64,000 bases of DNA from Candidatus Latescibacterota bacterium (lineage in GTDB: Bacteria > Latescibacterota > UBA2968), in contig OZ242195.1 of NCBI GenBank assembly GCA_965205975.1, positions 1,568,001-1,632,000 of the forward strand, given 5' to 3'. Shown piece by piece: positions 50,101 through 59,749 of the stretch; position 1 is the stretch's first letter; each line of letters opens with the position of its first letter. The notes under the pieces were generated by a model. The model had not been told where the DNA came from. It searched no databases and saw only the letters and a program-made list of their open reading frames with translations. The position numbers and the translations under genes are program-made.

Positions 50101-52235
50101 TCCAGGATCTTCTCCCCGAGTGGGTCGCTTGCGTCACCGAACAAATGGAGCGATGCCTCCAGATTATCCCCGTCGATCTCTTCGTAGAAGCCAAAGTTCA
50201 ACACGACCGATGTCAGTTCGTAGCCATCCCTTGAATCGCCGGTGGTAAAGACCTGTGCCCCCCGCTGATTGAGGCTAGTGCCGTCTGCCTTGCCGATTTT
50301 GGGTCGCCAGTCCAGCGGTCGATCCAGGTTGCTGACCAAAACATCGCCCTGCGGGACGCCGACGGGCGGTGTCGTCGAGTCATCGTCCGCGATGGTGCCG
50401 GTTGCCGTGGTGTCCGACAGATACGCCCGCCCGCCCGACGCATTGCTCAGCGTCAGCGTGAACGTCTCGGCGCCTTCCTCGACTTCATCTGACAGCAACG
50501 GCACCGAGACCGTCTTGCCGGTCTCGCCCGTCGCGAACGTCAGCGTTCCCGACGTGGCCGTGTAATCCGCTCCGGCGGTCGCCGTCCCATCGGAGGTTGC
50601 GTAGTCCACCGTCACGGTTTCAGCCACCGTGCGGTTCAGCGTCACCGCGAAGTCCACGGTCGTGTTCGCACCCTCCACCTCGCTCGCATCGACCACCGAC
50701 AGCCAGGGCGCCGGACCCGGAACCGTCGCCGCCACCGGCACCGAGAGCGGCCGCCCATTGTCGGTGCAGATCGCGTTGGCCGCCGAGCAGTCCGTCGTCG
50801 CGAGGAGAGTGATGGCAATGTCCGCAACGTCGCTGTCCGGAGCGATGCGAATCCGCCAGACAAGATTCCGGTGGTTCGACCCGTACCGGTACGTCCGCTC
50901 CAACCGTCCGTTGACCACGGCAAGCGCGCCCGCCCGCCTTCCATCCCCCTTCAGGTTCAAGTAGCTGAAGAGCGAATCCGGTTCTTCGCTGAAGCTGAGC
51001 AGAAATTCGAATGCCGCCCCGTCGTGACTGGTCGGCACCCCGACAAACTCTGCCGTAAGCTCGGCCCCGTCGATCCGCCCTGTCGCTATCGCGTCCAGGA
51101 CTCGCGCGTTGGCGCTCGGGTTGCTCAGCGTCAGCCTGAATTCCTCAAAGTCCTCGTGAACATCGTCGTCGGAGATTGTCACGGTCACGGTTTTCGAGGT
51201 CTCGCCCGCGGCGAACGTCAGCGTCCCCGAAACGGCCGTGTAGTCGGATCCGGCGATGGCCGTCCAGTCGGAAGTCTCGTAGTCCACGGTGGCCGCATTC
51301 GGCAGCGCCCCGTCCATCGTCACGACGAAGGATGCGGTGTAGCCCTCGACAGCCATCGCGTCGGCTACGTACAGACCGCCGGGTCCCTGGGTGTCGGGCG
51401 CCACCTGGAAAACGGAGGAGAGGGCATAGACCCGGGTGGACAATGTGCCGTCGGCACCAGCGCCCCGGTCAACGCTGTACATGGGCATTCCGCCGGAGTT
51501 CAACTTTCCGCCGCCGACCCTTTCGCCCTCGGTCGTAATATTGCGAAACGGCCACTTGGGTTTGGAACGGCCGTCCGACGTGCTGCCGTTGAGTACGCCA
51601 AGTGCCTCGTCCGATCCCGATCCGCCCGCCTCGGTGGTCCAGGATTCGCTATCCCAGTACCCGTCGTACAGGTCCTCGTAGTCGTCCGCGACCCTGACGC
51701 CGCTGCCAAGCCAGTAGATGGGCTCGCCGGGGCCATCCGTGTTGGGGTTCGTACCGGTGTTGTCCCGCGCGGCTACCGCGGCCGTACTGGCCAGGACCCG
51801 GAAGAGTGAACTGTGCGATTGAATGGCCGCGTGGCCCGCCGCCGCGCGGGCCTGCACGAACGCGTTGTAGTCGTCGATGTCGTTGGAGTTGAGCTGGATC
51901 TCAGTGGAGGTCACGAACAACAGGCGGAACGTGTCTCCGGCCCCTACTTCGGGCGGAATCAGCGACCAGTCCGACGGAACCCTGGTCTGTGCCCAGGCTG
52001 GCACCCCCGACAGAAGCGCAGCAAGCGCGAGGAGCACGGCTACAGTCCAGCCCGCAGTGGTGGATCGCGCCCGACCGTGGCGGATCAACAATCCATGCCG
52101 GACCACATCGTCCACCTCGTTGTGAGTGTTCGGACAGGGCTCGAGACAGCTAACTCGCATGGAAGTGCCTTGCTTGTCAATCGGTGCTCCGCAATTCAAG
52201 GTAGCCGTTTGCTGGACTGAAGTTGTCATGCTCAT
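47190..52235 (-). CDS. Modular surface protein (1681 aa): lectin-like N-terminal domain (tentative), Calx-beta, cadherin, fn3, PKD, FlgD-Ig/T9SS-like CTD
   Basis: VPSDWSLIP...FRLLFVTS tip, PTADAGSDQTV PKD motif, tail identical to the 1955-aa protein. Confidence 0.88.
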   Translation of the reverse strand: MSMTTSVQQTATLNCGAPIDKQGTSMRVSCLEPCPNTHNEVDDVVRHGLLIRHGRARSTTAGWTVAVLLALAALLSGVPAWAQTRVPSDWSLIPPEVGAGDTFRLLFVTSTEIQLNSNDIDDYNAFVQARAAAGHAAIQSHSSLFRVLASTAAVAARDNTGTNPNTDGPGEPIYWLGSGVRVADDYEDLYDGYWDSESWTTEAGGSGSDEALGVLNGSTSDGRSKPKWPFRNITTEGERVGGGKLNSGGMPMYSVDRGAGADGTLSTRVYALSSVFQVAPDTQGPGGLYVADAMAVEGYTASFVVTMDGALPNAATVDYETSDWTAIAGSDYTAVSGTLTFAAGETSKTVTVTISDDDVHEDFEEFRLTLSNPSANARVLDAIATGRIDGAELTAEFVGVPTSHDGAAFEFLLSFSEEPDSLFSYLNLKGDGRRAGALAVVNGRLERTYRYGSNHRNLVWRIRIAPDSDVADIAITLLATTDCSAANAICTDNGRPLSVPVAATVPGPAPWLSVVDASEVEGANTTVDFAVTLNRTVAETVTVDYATSDGTATAGADYTATSGTLTFATGETGKTVSVPLLSDEVEEGAETFTLTLSNASGGRAYLSDTTATGTIADDDSTTPPVGVPQGDVLVSNLDRPLDWRPKIGKADGTSLNQRGAQVFTTGDSRDGYELTSVVLNFGFYEEIDGDNLEASLHLFGDASDPLGEKILDFENPTTYGKFLGDGGPVTFVPVDGTSEESRILQPNTDYVIQFALHTSGTERWFKIEATNSGAESGTDAWRIADDSHWKQTGWIEWSTRDYVMKMKILGARVERPLVFDAGLPVTLSVAENTPTDTKIGEPFTASRTDPNAALTYSLDGPGKDDFAIDSTTAQLRTKAVLDFEKASEHALSIIVRDGEDSAEHGLTITVSNQDEPPDSLAAPTLESRDRESLTVSWLAPANSGKPDILHYDLGYRLVGWPAGDPFRDGPQDVAETRAKISGLVEGAKYEVRVRATSSEGDGEWSAALLGTVLGTPPVAPYVTAVELVADESGDRAWTHGESIEARVTFSEPVSVKGSLTLWVTISGGPAVLALASGSGTATLVFGQEVADEEARHIRIAITENSLGSTGGKIVSRATGIVADLSHEGTEPTAEPEDDSDPPPSNTVVLEPEEPRGARDIGTITLTADTPGTIQASWEAPTEAPANYRITWAKQGEGYKTWTDNTGNAYPTEPSYTITGLEAGEEYKVKIRASYSGTSGGWSGEATITVTGSPSNEAPTADAGSDQTVQEGSEVTLSGTASDPDNDNLTYQWTHDQDDLDLSLDDPAALSATFTAPQVDSDATITFTLTATDEHGATDSDTVIVTVQNIPADPPQENTVVLEPPEQRGTRDIGRITLVSSQPGTIQASWEAPSEAPANYRIAWAKQGEGFKTWTDNTGNAYPTEPSYAITGLEAGEEYKVKIRASYSGTAGDWSGQATITVAESPANDPPQENTVVLEPEEPRGSRDIGTITLTAATPATIQASWEAPTEAPANYRITWAKQDEGYKTWTDNTGNAYPTEPSYAITGLEAGEEYKVKIRARYNGTAGDWSGQATITVVESQSSKPIVPSLTFGLEANYPNPFNPETHIAYRLSTSGAVELAIYNILGQRIRTLVQEVQSAGRYRVVWNGRNDNGAPVASGIYLYRLSSAQEVQVRRLLLLK

Positions 52236-52271
52236 ACCTCAACTTTTGAAGCTCTGGATTAAGATTATATA

Positions 52272-52287
52272 TGCAAAAAGCGTGCCA
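52272..52287 (-). promoter_or_regulatory. sigma54 promoter of the three-gene surface-protein cluster
   Basis: TGGCACGCTTTTTGCA, within a ~290-bp near-duplicate of 29690-29979. Confidence 0.88.
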
Positions 52288-52385
52288 CTGTGAATAGAAC
52301 CCAAAATTATACTCACAACACATTGTTTTAAAAGAATATAGAACTGTAAATAAAAACAAAAAACCAGACTGAATTTTATACCAGG

Positions 52386-52504
52386 GGGCAAGTTATCGCC
52401 CCTGATATAATCAGCCTGGCTCATTTTCTACTTATTATTACAATATTTATGACTGTTGGGCGGCGATTCGCCCTTAAAAATGGCTATCGGGCTACTATTC
52501 GCCC
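52386..52504. promoter_or_regulatory. GGGCGA-N4-TCGCCC-type palindromes, candidate enhancer
   Basis: 52386-52401, 52458-52473, 52489-52504 (abutting the bEBP3 stop). Confidence 0.7.
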
Positions 52505-55500
52505 CTAAGAGCGTTTAATGCCCAGCTTTTTTATTTTGCTAAAAAGAGTAGAAGACGGTAATCCCAGCAGGGCCGCTGCACCCTGAGCGCCTTTTACCCG
52601 ATAGTTGGTCGCTTTGAGCACTTTGAGGATGTGACGGCGTTCGAGTTCATCCAAAGTCACAACTGCTCGGCTCTGATCTAACTCGTGAGCGAGATCTGCA
52701 ATCTGAGCCTTAGACAGTTCAAGGTCACTTACGCCAATTTGAGAATTGCGACACACAATTACGGCGTGGTTTATCGCATGCTCCAATTCCCGCACATTAC
52801 CCGGCCAATCGCAGGCTTGCAACACCTCAATAACCGCTATCGTCAAAGGAGCTATGTCCTTGCCCAGATGCGCTGCCATGCGGGCCTTGAAATACTCCGC
52901 CAACTCCGGGATGTCCTCCCTGCGCTCGCGAAGCGGCGGCAAAGACATCGGAAACGCGTGGAGGCGGTAATAGAGATCCTCCCGAAAATCACCTGTGCCG
53001 ACCATCTCCTCAAGATTGCGATTCGTCGCTGCCACAATCCGCGTCTTTGCCATCAGCGTCTCACTGCCCCCAACCCGCTCATAAGTGCCCTCTTCCAGCA
53101 AGCGCAACAGCCTGGCCTGTGTTGCCAGAGTCATATCGCCGATCTCATCGAGGAAGAGCGTGCCATCTTTGGCCAGTTCCACCTTGCCCAGCCTGCGAGA
53201 AACCGCACTGGTAAACGCCCCTCTCTCGTGACCAAACAGTTCACTGTCAATTAGTGTTTCAGGCAGTGCACCGCAGTTGACCTGTATAAAAGGCCCATCG
53301 CTATGGGCACTCTGTACGTGTAACACCCGTGCAGCCAGTCCCTTCCCCACACCTGTCTCGCCCATAATCAGCACCGTAATAGCAGTGGGTGCCACCTTCA
53401 GGAGTTTGTTTTGAAACTGATACAGAGCAGCGCTTTGTCCAATAAATCTATTGTCTCCCTGGCTATTGAGCGCCGTTTTCAGGCCTTCGATACGCGGATC
53501 TTCCTCTACCGAGATCTGCACCTGCACAATCTCCGAGTAATTGAGGTCGCGATCTATCGCCCGGACCTGAAAGGTGTAGTCTCCCGGCGGCAAGTCCCGG
53601 TAATGCGCCCGCGTCTTTCGGGTCGGTAGCTGCCAGTTGGGGTCGTGTCCTTTTAATCGGCAAACATACAGCATATCGCGGGAATGGGTGGAAAAACTCA
53701 GGCCCTTGTACTCTAAAATCACATTCTGATCTGCGGTAGATACGATAATTTCCTCCGGACTCTCATAGACCTGATTGGCAATCACCTGCAGCAGGCGAAT
53801 CCGGGGCGGCGTTTGTAGCGGACGGTAGCGTATGACATTACCCTGCATAGTGCCAAACCAAAAGGCGCCGTCGCGATCTTCGAATATCTGAGAAACCGGT
53901 CCTATATGCGGTGACTTGATGGCCTGAAAATGCTGTCCATTGTAGTGAACCACGCCCCTATCTGTGCCGAACCAGAGGTGGCCTTGCGAATCCTCGAATA
54001 GACAACGGATGTGGTTGCTCGGCAACCCGTCTTCTGTCGTGAAGGTGTGGAAAGTGCGACCATCAAAGCGGCACATACCGCTCAAAGTGGCGATCCACAG
54101 GTTGCCTGCGCGGTCTAAGAGCAGGTCAGTGACCTGGTTGTCTGTCAGCCCATCTTCAATGCCATAAAATTTGAGACCCTCTTCGGGATGCCAGCGCGCC
54201 AGACCCTTGTCGCCAACTGAGAAATTGTGGCAGACCAAATGAAAATAGATCTCGCCCTTGCGCCCGACAACCACAGTGCCAATGCGGTCTAAAAAACCTT
54301 CCTTTTTGTCCTTTAAAAAAATGGTTTGAAACTGCTCGCCCCGCTGGTAAATGATCTTTAATGGGCTGGGCGAAAGCACTTCTTTTTTTATAAATTCGGT
54401 TTTATAGGTGCTCTGTTCCCAATAGCCAAAAATGAATTGGCCTTCCTGGTCCTGCGCGATTGCACTAACACTTTTTTTGTCTAATTCTGCGATTGTTTCT
54501 ATTTTTTTAACCTTCTGCCCATCGTAGCGGAACACGCCATTGAGGCCGCCAAACCACAGATACCCTTCGCGGTCCTCGTACATAGAGAAACAGTTGTGGA
54601 TATCGAAGCCCTGCTCGGAGCCTAAAAATGCAAAGTGTTCGCCATCAAAACGGGCGATGTCGTTGCTCTGGGTGACCAGAATAGGGGAAACATACCCGAT
54701 CCATATATCACCTCGCCGGTCTTGCGCGATCTGCGAGACCTCGCTCGGCTCTTTGGAAAACGCCTTACCCAGGTCAAAAACGCTGATACTATGTGCATCG
54801 TAGAGCCCTAAACCGCCCCAGGTGGCAAACCAATACTGATGATTGCGATCCTGAAACACGGCTTTGACTGCGGGATGGGGCAAGCCATCGGCAAGGGGAA
54901 ACCTGTTGAATCCTTCTCCGTCCTGGTATAATACGCCCTCAGAAGTGCTGAACCACATCCGACCTGTACCGTCACACTGAATTTTACGTAATCTACCACC
55001 CAAATCTATTTGAACAGACTGGAAGGTCCCATCGGCATAGCACCGGAGTTCATCTCGATTTCCAAACCGACCGATCCACACTTTGCCGGTATGATCTTTA
55101 TCTACGATATAGGCGGTTCCATCTGGCGGAAAGCCATCTTTCTCCTCATAGCGGTGGAAGGATTCACCATCAAAGCGGATGAGGAAACTACAGCCAAACC
55201 ACAGATGACCTTGCGGATCCTGGGTAATACCCCAACACTTGGCCCACCTATCAGAAGGCGGCTGCTTGTATTGCTGAAGGTAGAGCGGAATCATGTCGTG
55301 GAAAGCAGTGCCATCGCAATACCCCAGAGTTCTCGGGCCACCGCACCATATACGCCCCTCACGGTCTTCGTAGATGGACTGCACGTCTCGGCCTGCAATG
55401 CCCTCGTCATTCAAATGGTGAAAATCTGTTCCATCGTACCAGCATACGCCATTTTCTGTACCGAACCACAACCGATTCTGACTGTCTTGTAAAACAAAAT

Positions 55501-55702
55501 AAGTACGATCGTGAATAAGACCGTCCTGTTTGGTAAAATTCTGGAACTCGTCCCCATCAAAGCGACAGGCACCGTTGTCCCATGTGGCGAACCAGATACA
55601 GCCCTCGCTATCTTCGGCGATGTGTTCAATGCGCGTCCCGGTCAGGCCATCGGCTATCGAATAAGTCCGATAGGTACCCGTGCGGTCAAGTGGTTTGATC
55701 AT
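52505..55702 (-). CDS. sigma54 bEBP 3 (propeller + Y_Y_Y + AAA+ + HTH)
   Basis: Same architecture; C-terminal half near-identical to bEBP2; GAFTSA. Confidence 0.95.
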   Translation of the reverse strand: MIKPLDRTGTYRTYSIADGLTGTRIEHIAEDSEGCIWFATWDNGACRFDGDEFQNFTKQDGLIHDRTYFVLQDSQNRLWFGTENGVCWYDGTDFHHLNDEGIAGRDVQSIYEDREGRIWCGGPRTLGYCDGTAFHDMIPLYLQQYKQPPSDRWAKCWGITQDPQGHLWFGCSFLIRFDGESFHRYEEKDGFPPDGTAYIVDKDHTGKVWIGRFGNRDELRCYADGTFQSVQIDLGGRLRKIQCDGTGRMWFSTSEGVLYQDGEGFNRFPLADGLPHPAVKAVFQDRNHQYWFATWGGLGLYDAHSISVFDLGKAFSKEPSEVSQIAQDRRGDIWIGYVSPILVTQSNDIARFDGEHFAFLGSEQGFDIHNCFSMYEDREGYLWFGGLNGVFRYDGQKVKKIETIAELDKKSVSAIAQDQEGQFIFGYWEQSTYKTEFIKKEVLSPSPLKIIYQRGEQFQTIFLKDKKEGFLDRIGTVVVGRKGEIYFHLVCHNFSVGDKGLARWHPEEGLKFYGIEDGLTDNQVTDLLLDRAGNLWIATLSGMCRFDGRTFHTFTTEDGLPSNHIRCLFEDSQGHLWFGTDRGVVHYNGQHFQAIKSPHIGPVSQIFEDRDGAFWFGTMQGNVIRYRPLQTPPRIRLLQVIANQVYESPEEIIVSTADQNVILEYKGLSFSTHSRDMLYVCRLKGHDPNWQLPTRKTRAHYRDLPPGDYTFQVRAIDRDLNYSEIVQVQISVEEDPRIEGLKTALNSQGDNRFIGQSAALYQFQNKLLKVAPTAITVLIMGETGVGKGLAARVLHVQSAHSDGPFIQVNCGALPETLIDSELFGHERGAFTSAVSRRLGKVELAKDGTLFLDEIGDMTLATQARLLRLLEEGTYERVGGSETLMAKTRIVAATNRNLEEMVGTGDFREDLYYRLHAFPMSLPPLRERREDIPELAEYFKARMAAHLGKDIAPLTIAVIEVLQACDWPGNVRELEHAINHAVIVCRNSQIGVSDLELSKAQIADLAHELDQSRAVVTLDELERRHILKVLKATNYRVKGAQGAAALLGLPSSTLFSKIKKLGIKRS

Positions 55703-55797
55703 AGGAAGAACCTTGTGATAGTGAGAATGGTTGAGGGATTTGTCGGTGTTGGCATTGGGGCGCTGACATAATCCGGCTTTATGTCATTGGCTCGGTC

Positions 55798-56391
55798 TTA
55801 TCCTTTATTAAATGTTATTACTTTTTTTGGTGTAGGGATAAAGATGTCAAAGTCTTCGGGTGGTCCGTAAGTAATACCGACCTGAGAAAGAGCAATGGTA
55901 AATTCCTGCGTCACATTTACTTTGGTAACGAACTCGACCCGAGCTAAAAACCCGGACGATGGTAGGCGCACCTTTGGTTGTTCATTTCTCACAGAAAGAA
56001 TACTTTCATTGGCAGATGCTATAAAAGCATTGAAGAAGACATTGTTCTCGATTTTGGAATACGTTAGAATATTTGAATCAAAATCAAACTTAATGTACGC
56101 GCCTAAGAAAGGTCTGTTCACGATGGCGAATACTTCAATGGCAATTTTCTTACCCTGTCCAGACACTTGCCCTGAAGTAACGCGATCATCTCTCTTGTTA
56201 CCTATCCCACCATCGATAATAAAATCAAGTGCTAAGGTGTCAGAAGGAGCAGTCTGTGCGACCTGTTCATCTCTTTCATTTGGCGTATCTGGCTCAACCG
56301 GCTGAGGCCCTGATATCTTGTTACCACCGCAAGACAACACCGATAAACAAAAGAGCAGAACGCAAGATAACCACAATCTATTGCTCAACAT
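55798..56391 (-). CDS. Lipoprotein with cohesin-like beta domain
   Basis: GGGAG RBS, lipobox VLSC, IKFDFDSNILTY segment resembling the N-domain of 30013-32514. Confidence 0.7.
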   Translation of the reverse strand: MLSNRLWLSCVLLFCLSVLSCGGNKISGPQPVEPDTPNERDEQVAQTAPSDTLALDFIIDGGIGNKRDDRVTSGQVSGQGKKIAIEVFAIVNRPFLGAYIKFDFDSNILTYSKIENNVFFNAFIASANESILSVRNEQPKVRLPSSGFLARVEFVTKVNVTQEFTIALSQVGITYGPPEDFDIFIPTPKKVITFNKG

Positions 56392-56439
56392 GTAAATCTC
56401 CCTTTTCTTGTCACAATATAAACTTGCCTTCCGTTATAC

Positions 56440-56455
56440 TGCAAAAAGTGTGCCA
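56440..56455 (-). promoter_or_regulatory. sigma54 -24/-12 promoter
   Basis: TGGCACACTTTTTGCA. Confidence 0.82.
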
Positions 56456-56457
56456 AC

Positions 56458-56700
56458 GGGTCAAGTCCAAAAAGTTCTGTAAAATAGTAGCTCCGTGAAA
56501 GTGGTGGTCAGAGATAACCAGTTGCACACCCTTTAACCCACGCTTTTTAAGGTCTTTAAACAAATCCCCATACGTGGCTTCTGTCTCGGTGTGTGCCACG
56601 TCAATGGCCAAAATGTCGCGGTGCCCACTCTCTGCGATCCCAGAAACGATTAAGACGGCCTCAGAAGCGACCTGTCCTCGACTACGGATGTGGAGAAGGA
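56458..56700 (-). pseudogene. IS256 transposase internal fragment beside an IS-end-like motif
   Basis: IRSRGQVASEAVLIVSGIAESGHRDILAIDV...LKKRGLKGVQLVISDHH; GGGTCAAGTCC at 56458. Confidence 0.8.
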
Positions 56701-56852
56701 ATAACAAAACAAGCCAAATACGAAAAATCGAAATAAAAGACACGCCTTCTACCCACCCCCACTTTCAGACTCGTCCAATTAAGTCTTCAAATGTTCGATA
56801 GCGATTGATCGATCAAATATATCATTGGAGGTGCCTGACAAAACTATGGAGG

Positions 56853-56921
56853 TGTCCCTATTGAGATAGACAATTGTAGGATAGTGTCTCTTTTGAGACT
56901 GACAATTGCAGGATTATGTCT
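56853..56921. repeat. 32-bp tandem repeat carrying TGTCTC-N4-GAGAC-like palindromes
   Basis: TGTCCCTATTGAGATAGACAATTGTAGGATAG / TGTCTCTTTTGAGACTGACAATTGCAGGATTA / TGTCT. Confidence 0.75.
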
Positions 56922-56950
56922 ATAACTGCGGAGGCATCCGTGAAAAATCC

Positions 56951-56986
56951 AAAAAAATAGGGCAGACCTTGTGTGGTCTGCCCTAC
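56951..56986 (-). terminator. Intrinsic terminator after the ABC ATPase gene
   Basis: TAGGGCAGACC-ttgtgt-GGTCTGCCCTA with an A7 run on its left. Confidence 0.8.
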
Positions 56987-57035
56987 TATTGGGATTATTT
57001 TGCTTCAGATGAATCCAGAAATGCCTTAACGCTGT

Positions 57036-57815
57036 TTACTCAGCCGTTGGATCAAAGCCTTCAATACGCCCTTCCTGAATCTCTATCTCATCGCGGCGTC
57101 TCACCCGCTCAACCTGTCCATCGCGCAAATCGACCACGCGGTCAGATACCCCGAGCATCTTGTGGTCGTGGGTATTGGTCACAATGGTCACACCGCTTTC
57201 GCCCTGCATCTTGAGCAACAACTCAATAATTTCCTGCCCGGTCTTCAAATCGAGGTTACCAGTCGGCTCATCAGCCAAAATCAAATCGGGATCATTGGCC
57301 ATGGCTCTCGCAATAGCCACGCGCTGCTGCTGTCCGCCCGACAGTTCGTAGGGTTTGTGATGCAGGCGGTCGGAAAGCCCCACCAGCGACAATTTGTGTG
57401 CGGCTTTTTCTTCGTAATCACTGCGCGACATGCCCGAAAACACCATGGGCAAAGACACATTTTCAAGTGCCGACATAACGGGAATCAGGTTAAACGACTG
57501 GAAAATATACCCCACACTGTGGCAGCGCAAATAGGCAATTTGTCCCTGACTCATATCGCCCATATTGGCACCATTGACCAATACGGTACCCTTAGTGGGT
57601 GTATCCAATGCCCCGACCATGTTAAACATCGTGGTTTTGCCCGACCCCGAAGGCCCCATAATGGACAAATATTCACCGCGAATCACATCGAGATACACCC
57701 CGCGCAGGGCATGCACTTCCTGGTCGCCCATCCGATAGGTCTTCCAGACCCCCTGGACTTTGATAATATAATCTTCAGTATCAACCTGTTGTTCAGCAGC
57801 CGATTCCTGAGCCAT
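57036..57815 (-). CDS. ABC transporter ATP-binding protein (LolD/MacB-like)
   Basis: GPSGSGKT, LSGGQQQRVAIARA, ILADEPTGNLD, THD. Confidence 0.95.
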   Translation of the reverse strand: MAQESAAEQQVDTEDYIIKVQGVWKTYRMGDQEVHALRGVYLDVIRGEYLSIMGPSGSGKTTMFNMVGALDTPTKGTVLVNGANMGDMSQGQIAYLRCHSVGYIFQSFNLIPVMSALENVSLPMVFSGMSRSDYEEKAAHKLSLVGLSDRLHHKPYELSGGQQQRVAIARAMANDPDLILADEPTGNLDLKTGQEIIELLLKMQGESGVTIVTNTHDHKMLGVSDRVVDLRDGQVERVRRRDEIEIQEGRIEGFDPTAE

Positions 57816-58005
57816 TGTGTTCTCCTCTTAAACAGTAATTCTACCATTGAACTCCCGTATGGTAGCGAAAACCCATGAGCCTGTCAAGCCATTTTAATCG
57901 CAATAAAATTCTGCGTGATTCCACAGGCGTCTTCTGCTATATTCTAAGCCGCATTGTGCTACTCACCAGTAGCGTCTCCAAAACCACGACAGAAAGGATC
58001 GCATC

Positions 58006-58830
58006 ATGAAACTCGCAGTGTGCAATGAATTTTTTGAAGATTGGAAAATCGAAGACGTCTTTAACTATGCAGCGGAAATCGGCTGTGACGGCGTGGAACT
58101 CGCGCCTTTTACACTCGCGGAAAGCGTCACGGAAATTTCTACCAAACAGCGCAGCGACATTCGCAAAGCCGCTGAAAAAGCCGGCGTCGAAATTGTTGGC
58201 CTGCACTGGCTACTCGCCAGTCCACCGGGGCTTTATCTCACGCATCCCGACAAAGCCATCCGCGACAAAACTGAAGATTATATTAAAGCATTGATCAATT
58301 TCTGTGGCGACCTGAGCGGGCCAATTATGATCCACGGTTCACCGGCACAGCGCAACATCCAAAAAGGTTGGGACCGAGAAGAATGCTGGAAATACGCTGT
58401 CGATATCTTTTCGAACTGCACCTCAGAAATGGAACAAAACAACGTTACCTATTGCATCGAAGCACTCACGGGCAAAGAAACTAATATTTTGAACTCCATC
58501 TCTGAAGCCCTCAAAATGGTTGCCGATGTCGGCCACCCAAATTTTCAGACCATGGTCGATACCAAAGCCGCAGCCGCTGAAAACAAATCCCATGTGGATG
58601 TGATCGCCGAAGCGGGCAAAGCTCTGCGCCATGTCCATGTCAACGACCCCAATTTGCGCGGTCCGGGATTTGGCGATCTGCAATTTGCATCTATTCTCCG
58701 CGCCCTCAAAGACCGCCACTACGATGGTTATATATCCGTAGAAGTCTTTGATTTCAAACCCGACCCACAAACCATTGCCGCGCGCAGCATCGGCTATCTC
58801 AAGGGTATTCTTGAAGGATTGGAAGGGTGA
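58006..58830 (+). CDS. Sugar phosphate isomerase/epimerase (D-psicose/tagatose 3-epimerase-like)
   Basis: GVELAPF, CIEAL, HVHVND, GPGFG, YDGYISVEVF. Confidence 0.9.
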   Translation: MKLAVCNEFFEDWKIEDVFNYAAEIGCDGVELAPFTLAESVTEISTKQRSDIRKAAEKAGVEIVGLHWLLASPPGLYLTHPDKAIRDKTEDYIKALINFCGDLSGPIMIHGSPAQRNIQKGWDREECWKYAVDIFSNCTSEMEQNNVTYCIEALTGKETNILNSISEALKMVADVGHPNFQTMVDTKAAAAENKSHVDVIAEAGKALRHVHVNDPNLRGPGFGDLQFASILRALKDRHYDGYISVEVFDFKPDPQTIAARSIGYLKGILEGLEG

Positions 58831-58890
58831 TTCTCACCCGGCTGCGCGACCTGATTCCTCACGGGACGGGGTGTCTGTTGTTTAGCTTTA

Positions 58891-59736
58891 TCAATCATCA
58901 GAACCTCCGCGTTCTGGCAACCGCTCTGCTACAAAACCCAATTCTTCTTTAATCCGGCTCACATCATAAACACTATCGTATTCATGCCCCGGCCGTTCAA
59001 AATGCGACAGATCTACCTCATCGCCCCACCAGGCGCGAAAAATCTCCGCCACGGGGACAGCAACCCACGCCTTTGGACCGGCGGCATTCATAATGCGAAC
59101 CCCGGGTTTGTGCGGTGATAGTGCAGACAGCGCGAATACCCGAACGGCGTCTGGCAAATCCATAATGGTCATACTGCCCAAACCCCACTGCCGCGTCGGC
59201 GAAATATTTCGCAAAGGCGGCAATCCAGCGTGTGGCACCGAAGACAGCCGCAAATTAATCACATCGATATCGCCATTTTGCCGCGCATAGAACTTTGTGA
59301 TCTCCTCCATCAAATATTTCGACAAACCATACCCATTGCGATCCAGACATGGGTGTTCGTCGGGAATCGGCAATGTCTGCGGACGAAAAGCCTCATTCTG
59401 CATCCCGACTGCTGCGATCGAACTCGCCATCACAAATTTCCGGCATCCGCGATCCATCAAATAGCGCATCAAACACCGCGTGCCCTCCACATTGACAATC
59501 AGCGCGTCGCGCTCCGAACAACCACCAGTCACAGCCGCGAGGTGAATCACAACATCAATCGCCTCATCATTGAGTTGTTGCAAATCTTCAAAAGATCCAA
59601 ATTCGCCATTCACATAGGGCAAATCCAATTCTGGATCTTTTCGACTCATACAAATCACCCTGTGATCTGCTGCCATCGAGACCGACAGTGCCCGACCGAT
59701 AAAACCACTCGCTCCAGTAATCAGTACTGTGCTCAC
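58891..59736 (-). CDS. NAD-dependent epimerase/dehydratase
   Basis: TGASGFIG, HLAA, YGLSK. Confidence 0.92.
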   Translation of the reverse strand: MSTVLITGASGFIGRALSVSMAADHRVICMSRKDPELDLPYVNGEFGSFEDLQQLNDEAIDVVIHLAAVTGGCSERDALIVNVEGTRCLMRYLMDRGCRKFVMASSIAAVGMQNEAFRPQTLPIPDEHPCLDRNGYGLSKYLMEEITKFYARQNGDIDVINLRLSSVPHAGLPPLRNISPTRQWGLGSMTIMDLPDAVRVFALSALSPHKPGVRIMNAAGPKAWVAVPVAEIFRAWWGDEVDLSHFERPGHEYDSVYDVSRIKEELGFVAERLPERGGSDD

Positions 59737-59749
59737 AATCCCTCCTCAT

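Larger units (their letters stand above)
2435..56930. mobile_element. Putative tRNA-Phe-adjacent genomic island / plasticity region (right boundary approximate)
   Basis: Starts at the tRNA 3' end; contains a recombinase, IS debris, pseudogenes and GC-rich adhesin genes; housekeeping genes resume after the terminator at ~56951; no attR copy seen. Confidence 0.45.

Noticed and set aside
56830..56925. CRISPR array
   Set aside because: Only ~2 abutting 32-bp units with no unique spacers
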